A stretch of 62,604 nucleotides of DNA, the filler included, from Dugesia japonica (Eukaryota), in NCBI GenBank assembly GCA_001938525.1. It is 6 parts of 6 records of this genome, joined end to end, with 100 filler letters (N's around TTAATTAATTAA, not from the genome) between each part and the next. Parts side by side here need not be neighbours in the genome. Positions count along the whole stretch, not along the records: positions 51,867 to 62,604 come from MQRL01604536.1; 5 more parts are not named here. One strand, 5' to 3'. The translations under genes and the position numbers were made by a program. The first letter of the stretch is position 1, and each line of letters opens with the position of its first letter. The notes beneath the pieces were generated by a model. That model was not told the DNA's origin and searched no databases. It worked only from the letters and a program-made list of their open reading frames with translations. Positions 51,823 to 62,604 of this stretch are shown here, piece after piece.

Positions 51823-51943
51823 NNNNNNNNNNNNNNNNNNNNNNNNNNNNNNNNNNNNNNNNNNNNTGATTATATAATTTCAATTGTGCAATCTCAATAA
51901 AAAATTTCAATAAAATAATTTTAAGAGCGATGTTGAATCATCA

Positions 51944-51983
<40 letters not shown>

Positions 51984-52390
51984 TTTATTATTATTACTCT
52001 TATAATTTATTATTAACTTATTATTATTGGTATCAATTTTTAAATATGGATTTTGACAATCATTGATATTGAAAAAATATAAGCATAATTTAAATTAAAA
52101 AAATTAATAGTAATATTCAAAATGTGAGCTAGATATTCTAAAAAATTTATTTAATTTCAATTTGTATTTTGGAAATAAAATTGCTTTTTGTTTTCACTGA
52201 TAAATTAGTTGATTAACATTAAAAAGTTCAGTGATTTGAATTCTAGCGGATTTATTATTCCATCGCTTTAGTAGATTTATTAAATTCTAAATTGTTTCAA
52301 TTTATTTGAAATAAATTGAGACATGAATTTATTTGGTAATATTATTTTTTTAAAAATAAATTAAGTAATAATTTAATGAATCATCTAACA

Positions 52391-52544
52391 CAGCGGTCTG
52401 CAAACTACGGCCCGCGAGGCCTACGAGGCCCTCTCATTCAGCCCGTGTAGACATTTTTATCTACGGAAAATGTGTGTAGTCAGCTCCCAAACCGTTGATA
52501 TATAATTAATGTGGCCATCGGGCAGAAAAGTTTTGATATCCCTG
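52391..52544. mobile_element. hAT-Charlie-type MITE with 8-bp TSD
   Basis: CAGCGGTCTGCAAACTACGGCCCGCG...AAAGTTTTGATATCCCTG, with perfect TSD ATCTAACA at 52383-52390 and 52545-52552. Confidence 0.9.
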
Positions 52545-52825
52545 ATCTAACACACTTAAAAATCATTATAAATACTACATCTAATTAAAATCAATTCAGC
52601 TGGAAATAATAAAAAGTGGGAATTTCGACAATTTTTACACCTTGAATTGGTAGAATAAATTCAATAAATTTATGTTTAGAAAATTATATTGACATTATTA
52701 ATAATTTCTTTTATTGAATTCATTAGATATTGAAAATTATACTTTGTTATTGTTAATCTTTCGGTTTTTTATTAGTTTTTAATTTTTAATTTTATTTCTT
52801 TTATCTATATTATTATTACTCTTTA

Positions 52826-54560
52826 CGAGGTGGCAGTGGTAACTACCGATTCAATCACCTAACGGTTGCTGTTCAAGATATATTGAAAAGGCGAAGACAT
52901 TGACAAATTTATCAAGAAGTGTGTAATAATTTATGCGAAAAGTATGCACCAGTAGCAGAATAGGCTAGTTTTCTGTTTACTGGATAAAGATGTCTTAGAG
53001 GATAAAGCTAAACTAGCAAAGAAGGCCAACGATTTTTAGACACGACGCTAATTAGCATTACAAAACACAATTGCAGAGAATATTCAGAATTTAAATAGGT
53101 TTTAAATGTAAAAATATTGAAGTGCATTTTTATAAAAAGACAATTGAGAATATAGTAGGCAGAAAATAAAATTTTGAACTTTACAAAGAAATATTACTTA
53201 TTAAAATGCTAGTATTTATTGCAGATAATAAGAAAGGGAGGAAAAAGTAATATTTCAAAAATTGGATATTTTAGAAGAAATTGAAAATTTCTTGGTTTTG
53301 TTGGATCGGCTTAATAAAAAAATATAGAAAGTCAACGTGGTACACTTTCATGCCAGAGTTGTCGGTGAAAATCATCCCAGCTAAGATAATATGAATGGGG
53401 ATACACAAACATACAAAAGTATTTTTATAAGGCATTTTTATAAAAAGACAATTGAGAATATAGTAGGCAGAAAATAAAATTTTGAACTTTACAAAGAAAT
53501 ATTACNNNNNNNNNNNNNNNNNNNNNNNNNNNNNNNNNNNNNNNNNNNNNNNNNNGAAAAAGTAATATTTCAAAAATTGGATATTTTAGAAGAAATTGAA
53601 AATTTCTTGGTTTTGTTGGATCGGCTTAATAAAAAAATATAGAAAGTCAACGTGGTACACTTTCATGCCAGAGTTGTCGGTGAAAATCATCCCAGCTAAG
53701 ATAATATGAATGGGGATACACAAACATACAAAAGTATAGGAATAAGATGTTGAAAGTTGAATATGTCACAATATAGACCACATGTAATTGCCTAGCGATA
53801 GTAATGATAGTTTGTTGATCATGTCATAAGAAGGAACATTTCAGTAGAGAATACCATGAGAGACGACAAATGAGATATTTTGGATGAATGAAAGCAGGAA
53901 GTATTTGTATATTGTGTTGAGTAATAAAATGTTAGATACTAATTGTAGTTATTGGATAGAAAGTGATATGGAAATGTAGGATTGAGACAAATAAGAAATA
54001 GGATTTGAACTAAGGATGAACAGAGAAATTGATACAATCAATTTAATATTATATAAGAGAAAGAGTAAGTGGAAACATATACCAAAGAAATAGTGAATTA
54101 TCTCCCAAACAAATGAGCTCTTTCAGTAGAGATATTAATTAAAGTCATCGAAAATAAACAGTCTTCCTCAGAGGCCGGGTAGTGGGAAAATTTAAGAAAA
54201 GTATAAAAGATATTATACATATATATATTAAAGAGAGAGTTTTTACTAGTACAGGGATAACTCAATGAATCGAAATGAAGAATGATAAGCAGGAAGTAAC
54301 TGACTCAGTACTGAGATATATAAATTAATATTAATTGGATACAGGTGTCCAAGTTAATTTTAAAAATATAAGTTGTCTGAAGAAATTGAGAGACGCATTT
54401 AAAGGATGAGAAACTTTGGTATTCAAATGAAAGTATTTTATAAACCCTAAATAAAGTACGATTACTGGTACATTTGAAGAATAAAAATAGAAAAGTTAGT
54501 TTTATAGCATTATGAGAAGGTTTTCCGGAGCTAAAAGAAGACATAAACCTTCAAGCAATT
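52826..54560 (+). mobile_element. Highly degenerate gypsy PBS-gag-protease remnant
   Basis: PBS-like GGTGGCAGTGGT (tRNA-Leu type) at about 52829, gag start KGEDIDKFIKKC, knuckle C*SCHKKEHFSREY (about 53812) and protease-like DTGVQVN (about 54338). Confidence 0.6.
53124..53737. repeat. ~305-bp near-identical tandem duplication spanning an N gap
   Basis: 53124-53422 is repeated at 53432-53737 (GCATTTTATAAAAAGACAATTGAG...CATACAAAAGTAT). Confidence 0.9.
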
Positions 54561-55869
54561 TATTAATTTTAGATAGCAAGAAGAAACAAAAGAAAAAATA
54601 AAGAATTATAAATAATGTAAATGTATGATTTGGCAGACAGGTTTATAGAAAAAAGCTCCTCGAGTAATATTTACATTAGTTGTTCAGGCTACATACTATG
54701 AAATGTTTGTAGGTTCATAGTTTTAATTGCTCCGGGGTTCAAATTATAAGATGTTCGCAGGAAACAATAAAATTAGATGTTCCCCGGACTCATTAATGAT
54801 TATTGCTCATGACATGAGATATTCCCTAACTGAAACTATTAGATGCTCTGACATAAGATAATTTCTGATTCATTAATATTAACTGCTCACCAAATAAAAC
54901 CGTTGCTCTCTCGAGGAAATGGTTACTATTGCATGGAATGTCATTGTTAATTTTTATATTTTTAAGTAAAAGTATTATCAATAATATCATTAAAAATTAT
55001 CTTCATACATTGATTTAATAAAAGTTTGGTTTTCATTCTATACCATTACATTACCTCTTCTTACATCTATAGTCTAATAGAATGGTCTGTCATCATCCAG
55101 GCGAGTCCATTCATAATTAAACTTATCGAATAGTTTGTGTAAATTTAACTAAGCTAAGTTTGATTAAAGAATGTGCATCTATAGAATGGGCAGCAATGCT
55201 TTCAACCGTTCATATTTCGTCTCAAATAAAAACCACCACAACTGTTTTATCTAATCTTTATGTAATTAAAATGAAAACTGGTAGTCATTCTCACCAGCAT
55301 TTGATCCAGCATACAGATCCAAGAAATTATCAAGAACTCAAAATCAACTGTTAGCAATTCAATGGATGATATTAAATAAATCTTTAAATTAAATCATTTC
55401 AGAAGATCATTACTTATAATAATTAAAGAAAAGTATTACTAAACAATCATTAAGTTAAATCATTAAAAGAATATTAACTGTTAAAAAAAATATTAATAAA
55501 GCAATAAGTATAAATAAATCCTTACTTATTGTCAAAGTTCATAATAATGCTCATAATCCTTATGAGGAAATAATTATTAATTAATAATTTCAGCCAATAA
55601 GAATTGAGATAACTAAATATNNNNNNNNNNNNNNNNNNNNNNNNNNNNNNNNNNNNNNNNNNNNNNNNNNTAAAATAAAAAATCTCTAACAATATGAATT
55701 CTGATTTTCAAAATGAATCAACAATTGAAGATTTACCTAACAATCTTAAAGCTTTATTAGTGAGCAATGTTACTAATAAAAGTAAATATCATTAATTCAT
55801 TGGGTATGATTACATATAAGATTTTCATTTTCGTATTGAAGAAATTAGTAAAAATACTTTGTATTCATA

Positions 55870-56583
55870 CTGTGAAAGAGATAGTAAAAAGAAAATGGAA
55901 ATATCACCAGATGAACTCTGTTAAAAAATTGATGACTTGTGCTTTCAAACTAAGCTTTAGAAAATCTGTTAAAATCGGAAATGACTTCATTGGTGTCCAG
56001 CTAATAAAGATGTTATTTGTTTGGATCGTCCGAGTTATATTGGACAATCTGTAATAGATTTCTCTAATCTCAAGATGCAGCAGCTTTAGTATATTGAATT
56101 ACAGAAATATCGTTAGGAGGAGAGTTCCTCTAAATGTATTGTTGTCGGGTACACAGACAGCTATTTTCTAGAAGTGTAATACTATTAGGTTACAGAAATT
56201 GTTAGATTTGATGGTACAAAATAAGTTTTTGGATACTGCTAATTATTGTTCATACAACCAACATTTTAATAATACTTTAATTTGGTTGTAGGGAAATTTA
56301 AAAATGAGTGCAAAGGTATAAGATATAAGGGATGGGTTGTTCTGAGATCAAAATATTACATACATTTTAGGAAACAAACAACTATGAGAAATAAGAGTAC
56401 TGACATAATCTATAAATCGTACCTTGATTCTTATAATAATAATCAAAAGGTTTCAATTAAACAATTTAGGATTTGAAGTAAAGACCATCAATTATGTAGC
56501 ATTAATGGTTTTAATGTAGCTTTGATACAGACGATAAGCGTGTATGGGTGGATAAAAATATAAGTCTACCATATGGACATTAA
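55870..56583 (+). mobile_element. Polinton/Maverick protein-primed DNA polymerase B C-terminal remnant
   Basis: PSYIGQSVIDFSNLKM (cf. PIYVGFSILDLSKLLM), YTDSYF (degenerate DTDS), VVGKFKNECKG...VVLRSKYY and DDKRVWVDKNISLPYGH*. Confidence 0.85.
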
Positions 56584-57589
56584 AGTATTTCAAATCGTAA
56601 TGAATACGTTTATCCAGTCATTGTAAAGGTAATAATTTTTTATTTGTTAATTGAAAGTAATTAAATTTTATTATTTAAAAATTCAACTCACAAGTTCCAG
56701 ACAGCTAAAACAGATGAAAAGAAATCAAGATTTAATTTTAATAAATATTAGTTTGAAAGATGTTTTGTTAGTTACTGTTTTTATTAGTTAATGTTAATAT
56801 CCCTAATGGAGAATTGTAATGTTATTTTCATTTAATTTGTTGTGTATAAGTATTATTATTTTATTGTTTATGACCACTCAGCGAGCCACTAAATGTGAAT
56901 ATTAATATTCCTTAGAGAAATTGCAATGCTATTTTTAATTTAATTTGTTGTGTACATGTAAAAACTTTTTTAACCATTATATTTTTAATCATAGTAAGAT
57001 CTTGCTTCAAATGATATGTACCATGATAAAAGCTAGGGAAATTTAAAATATGAGTGTGTGTATGTATCGAACTAAACTCTAAATTCCTCAAATAAAGTCT
57101 TTAAAACATTTTCAACTAGATTTTTTGACTAAAATAGTTATAAATTGCAAAAAACTCTAAAAAAATAATTATTATAAAATGTAAATTAAAAAACTGTGAA
57201 ATGAATTCAAAATTTAAGTTTTCAAATCGAATAATAATGATAAATAATAATAATGTTTGAATTTCTTAAGAGTGCAGAGAATTATTTGTAAGAGATTAAC
57301 ACAAATCATTAGGATATCGAAAAATGACAGCTCATATAAGAGAAAACTATTATAAAAATTTATTAGTATTCCAGTATATGACAACTTTGAATTCATTCAT
57401 ATTGATTTTTATGGTCCTCTAAAATAAACTTTATATGCAAAACAATTTATTTTAGCTATAATTAATAAATTCAGTAGATTTATATCTTTTAATTCAGTTT
57501 CACATCAAGACGAACCAACCACTGTTAAAATAATAAAAATAATTGGATTTTAAAATATGGTTCNNNNNNNNNNNNNNNNNNNNNNNNTG

Positions 57590-58166
57590 GAAAATAATTT
57601 GAATGAAATCTATTCCAACAATTTGCTAATGAATTTAGTTGTGAAATCCAATACTCAAGTCCATATTATCATAGTTGAAAAGATAATTTAGAACAATATA
57701 ATTCATATTAGTTTACAGGGAAAGAAAATGCAAGACTGAGCAGAAATTTTATCACAAATAGAATGCAGGTTGAACATTTCCATTCAGAGAACGATGAATG
57801 TATTACCAACTTAAATAACCTTTGGTAAACACTTACACAAAGAATGGATTGTTAACAATGATCAAAACAATTTAAATGAAAGAAATCTTAAGCGTTAAAA
57901 AGTTATAAAAAATTTCAATAACTTTAAAAATTCCAAAGTTTAGAAAACAATTAATATAAATAAAATATAAATACAATTAAAAAATTTAATATTACTGACG
58001 AAGTTTTAATTAAAAGAGAAAGCCCTCATACAAATGAAAACAGATATCAACGACCAGCAATACTTATAGAGAAAATATATGAAAGAAGTTTTAAATTAGA
58101 ACTAATTAATGGTAAGAAAAAATAAGAAGAAATATTGAATAGCTATATCACTTTATAAAGAGGGAT
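57590..58166 (+). mobile_element. Gypsy integrase C-terminal remnant with PPT, antisense within the presumed intron downstream of the iGluR exon
   Basis: SSPYYH, RYQRPAILIEKIYERSFKLELING...RRNIE, then the AAAGAGGGA purine tract. Confidence 0.65.
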
Positions 58167-58770
58167 TCTGAGATATGAATAATATTTCTTTTTTGACCTT
58201 TGTATATTTGAAAGAGTGATACGTATTTAATAATAGGTGAATGTATGATTGAATGTATGAGTGTATGTATAGTTTAAAGTGTTCAAACATTATTACATAA
58301 CTGATTCCTCAAAAGCTATAAATATATTTGTTATAGTGTCGTTGTTGATATAATAACTATATTTCATGCTTAATTCGATTTTTAAGTCTAACAATTATTA
58401 TTTTTATTCATTTAAAATAAAAGTTTCGATCAGAATTTTGAAAAANNNNNNNNNNNNNNNNNNNNNNNNNNNNNNNNNNNNNNNNNNNNNNNNNNNNNNN
58501 AATTTTGATGGAAGCTTCTATTTGAAATAAATTCTGAAAAACGATCAATCGTTATGTCCAATAATTATTCTCACAATAATTGCAATTGTAAAATTATTAT
58601 TATTATTTTGTGATATTGAACTAAATTTCATTTTAAATTGTGGTAAAGGATTTCATTGAAAACTNNNNNNNNNNNNNNNNNNNNNNNNNNNNNNNNNNNN
58701 NNNNNNNNNNNNNNNNNNNNNNNNNNNNNNNNNNNNNNNNNNNNNNNNNNNNATTAATTATTTCACTCAC

Positions 58771-60369
58771 TTTATAATAATAACATATATCGTTTTGCTG
58801 AATTCCAGCAATGAAAACCGTGAGATTTGCAGTATACATAGCCACGATCACTATACATGCGCACGCCCAAAAGTTTTTTAATACTTTAACTGGCCAAGAT
58901 TTTGGTGCTTTCGTATGGATCGTATGTCCAAATAACATTGCCCAAACAGAGGTCAACGCACTAGCAAGTGAATAATTGATATTTCTTTGCCGACCCCATG
59001 GATTCAATCCAAATGGACTATGCCATTCATAAAGAGCCATCGCAACAGCGCAAACAGTTGCAATAACACAAATCATAATCCAAACTAGAAATGTAAATGG
59101 TCGAAAGGCTGCTCCCAATAATTGTTGGTGACTATTTAAATCAGCCATTACTGCATATTCAAGAAAACTGAACGGTTCGGTTATATCCAAAAACGGGTTT
59201 TGTATAAAGTCGATATTCATACTAAATATCAACACTTGAATACTTGTGTTTGTTATCATTTCACTGGCTGTTTTAATAGAATTAATCGGTACGATTTCTG
59301 TGTAAACGTAGAAAAAATCGATATCCAAATGTTTGCCAATTGTTTCCAACAAATGAATCATTAATCCCGAACAAGAATGACTGTGATTATGGTTGAGTTC
59401 TTGACAAACAACCTGATGCATCATTGGTTTGAATGTTTCTGCGTCGGTATCCGATTGATTATTTATCCACAAAAGCGATTCGTGATATTCGATTAAAACT
59501 CGGATTTTTTTCCTTAAATATTGTCTGTCCTCCATTTCCGGTAAATTATCACAAAGACTTAGAGGATGTATAAATCGTTCTGAATTACCCATTGTCCATG
59601 TTCTGCATTTCGTTAAATATCCACTTTCCAATTGATTACTCATATTTTCATTTGGTTTTATAATACTTTTCGTTAATTTATAAATCGACACTGAACCGTG
59701 TTTTGTGCTGCCATCATTGTAAAATGAATTCAATAAAAACGATTTAATTAACATTTTTTTCGTTAGATTAAAACAATTTGTTGCAATTTGACTTTTTGCA
59801 GCCGAATTAAAAATATTTATTATTAAATGAATCTTTAAATAGAATTGTGAATGTTTTGATAAAATCAATTTATTTGGATAATCCCGTTTAATTATTTGAA
59901 TCCCAACAGCAGAATTCTTTGAAAGCTTTAATAGCTGTTGAGGAAACTTTATTTTCGAATTAATAATATCAGTGAAAAGCAGAGTGGTAAATGGATTGAT
60001 AACGTATTGCATAGTTTCATCATGAAATTCTGAAGCTATTTTGATGATTCTAACAGAAACATTTAGATCACATAATACTATAATTAGAGGCACAGAAAAT
60101 TCTTGAGATTTTTTCAGTTGATTACTAATCTGCATTGAGCTCATTGATCCTGAAATAGAAAGTGTAAAAAAGATGGCATTGGCGGTGATTTTTTCCGATA
60201 TCAAAGACTTGAGATTGTAATATAATTCGGAAGCAACAAATGACTCTTTATCAATAAAAATTCCGATTCCATATTTTTGAAAATGTTTTAAATTTATTTC
60301 TAAATTATTGGCTATAGCTGTTGAATACAGGCGGATACCGGCATCCAACTGGAAGACATTGTTTTCTAT
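58771..60369 (-). CDS. Ionotropic glutamate receptor, NMDA GluN3 (NR3)-like subunit; one ~1.6-kb exon (part of ATD, S1, M1-M3)
   Basis: LYEWHSPFGLNPWGRQR...SALTSVWAMLFGHTIHTKAPKSWP...NFWA...MYTANLTVF corresponds to GluN3A YEWKSPFGLTPKGRNR...[23 protein letters not shown]...TYTANLAAV, with Gly at the M2 N-site. Donor |GTGAGT at 58770 and a likely acceptor at 60370. S2 and M4 were not found in the window. Confidence 0.9.
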
Positions 60370-62604
60370 CTTAACAATAAAGATTTAAATTTCAAAATTT
60401 TAATTAATTAATTTAATTACAATTATTATTTATTAAATTATTGTTGAACGATAAGAAATTCAATGTTAGTTAGTTAACTATTTTTTTTAGTTATTCATAT
60501 AATTTTGGAGGTAATTATAATACTAAAAGTAAAATTCAGAAAATATTTAGATGTTTAGTACATTTTATTAAGCAAATTCCAAGTCTAAACAATTTAAGAA
60601 TTACTGGGAGAGTGTGTTATATGAGATGTTAATGATTAGATGTCGTAATCCAAGCATTAATGTACAGGCAGCTCATTCGACTAAATTAATTAAAAAAATT
60701 TTAATTTTTTGGATATAAAGTATATTTTCAATTTTTGAAATCTTAATTTATTTTCCAAATAACAATAAAGTTTTATTTTAAATGACGTTACTTATTTTTT
60801 AATAATCATNNNNNNNNNNNNNNNNNNNNNNNNNNNNNNNNNNNNNNNNNNNNNNNNNNNNNNNNNNNNNNNNNNNNNNNNNNNNNNNNNNNNNNNNNNN
60901 NNNNNNNNNNNNNNNNNNNNNNNNNNNNNNNNNNNNNNAATTGATAATTTAATCCAATAGAAAGCGATTATAATGATTATGTTTAAAATAAAAAAGGTTT
61001 TAAATTAATTATACTGATCATTTCACCACGTAACCTATATAAACCCGTGGATCCAAGCCAACTATCTATTCATTGGTAGCAACACCACAGACACAGCATT
61101 TTGTTAAAGTCACGAATAGACGGTACCACGAGGATGAACTGTGTGCTATTATATGAGACATCCTCTTATACCCTGTAACTATTTCTTACAATTCTTACAG
61201 TAGCACAGTGCCATGTTCAGTGTAGTGAGGAGCAAAGTTTTTTTCAAATGTCACCATCTCAGTAAATTTTTTTTATTATTTTTTTATTTTACGCTCTGGT
61301 GTATCAGTCGTTCAGAATGTAAAAAGAGATATTAGCGAGACATGGATGATTAAATCAATTGATTCCAAATAAATGTGTACACCTGTCTTTTAGGTCTTAT
61401 TAAATACCTTTAAACAATTTTATTTGTTTAATAGATTGCATACATTTAATATATCAAATATAATTTGTGTTTGTCACTTTTTTCCAAAGTACAGCGAATA
61501 CTGTTTCTATGGCATCATATTTTATTTTTAATGACATCAGATAAATGTTTTATACACCTTTATAAAACTGAAATTACTTTTTGATGAAGATTTATTTTGA
61601 ATTTATCAAAACCCAGTACAAAAATTAGTTTGATGATTGTGTTGGAAGAAATTCATTAAAATTTAAATAAAACTTTTAAATGGGTTTTTTTCATAGTCTG
61701 AGTAGTAATTGTTTTATTAAATTGTTTTAATGGTTTTAAATTAATATATTTTAAAAAAGCTTCAGGTATTAATTATTATTAATGAAACAGATAAACAATC
61801 TATTGAAAGAAGATTGATAAAAGAGATTTCAAAATTAATTATTTGTATAAAACTATTAATTATTTATTTATATATTTTATTTTATTTTATTTGGATACTT
61901 TGGAAATCAGTTTTATTCTTCGATTTTATTTTAATTTGATAAATACACAAATGATCCATTAAATTAAATTTAATTCAAATATAGTTTCAAAGTTTATTTA
62001 TATAAACCACAGACGAATTTAATTAAAATTAATTTGAAATAATCAAACAAACCGATTTTAATTTAAATGTCACAATTAAAAAAAAATTAAAAACCGTTAA
62101 ATTAAAGATGAAATTTACAATAGATTAATTGAAAAATCATTAAAAAAAAATTAATAAAAAATTATTCTTAAACTATAACACGCCACAAAAAAATGCCATT
62201 GAAACTCAATCATGAAGAAAATTACGAGTTTTTATTAGAAGTCACGAAATTAAAATGAAAAAAAAATAAATGCTATATTTTCCTCTGATAAATATTGATT
62301 TGGTTTTTATTAGATTAATTAAAACAAAATAAAAACAAATCGTTTATTTTAAATGCAAATTTTTTTTTTATTTGATTAGTAGTGGATATTTACGTTACTG
62401 GTGATATTTATTTATTTTAGATATTTAATAATATTGAAAAAAAAGAAAGAAATTTATTATCAATTAATTTATGTGAAAAGTATAAATATTGTTTTTGATG
62501 AAAACTGTCAAAAATTTGAAAAATTTGGAATATTAAAAAACCAATTTGATCTTTATATTTTGAAAATTATTATTAGGTAAACCAAGAAAGTTCTTTGGAT
62601 TATT

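Noticed and set aside
53124-53737. Recent tandem duplication as a biological event
   Set aside because: Near-identical copies around an N gap are typical of scaffolding or haplotype overlap artefacts.

Overview
This is very AT-rich eukaryotic genomic DNA; the composition, short introns and repeat content suggest a triclad planarian, but that is an inference. The window is not continuous. Five artificial 100-nt linkers (N44-TTAATTAATTAA-N44 at about 10.1, 19.6, 28.4, 40.8 and 51.8 kb) join six segments of about 9-12 kb, so adjacency across linkers may not be biological. Most of the sequence is decayed mobile DNA. This includes several Ty3/gypsy LTR retrotransposons (one nearly complete with both LTRs, one with Gmr1-type PR-IN-RT-RH order), hAT transposons and MITEs with clean TSDs, tiny TTAA piggyBac-type MITEs, a Polinton/Maverick pPolB remnant and AT micro/minisatellites. 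Host genes are a large exon of a divergent GluN3 (NMDA NR3)-like subunit, a C2H2 zinc-finger gene with a TALE-site-rich upstream region, and a few orphan exons. Three signals stand out. (1) A gypsy element carries, in the env position after integrase, a signal-peptide/FN3-like/N-glycosylated/TM protein. (2) The GluN3-like subunit lacks the ligand-binding Arg and has an altered SYTANLAAF gate. (3) A twice-repeated cassette of spliced orphan coiled-coil ORFs reads antisense towards an LTR-like TGTTGGGG terminus.
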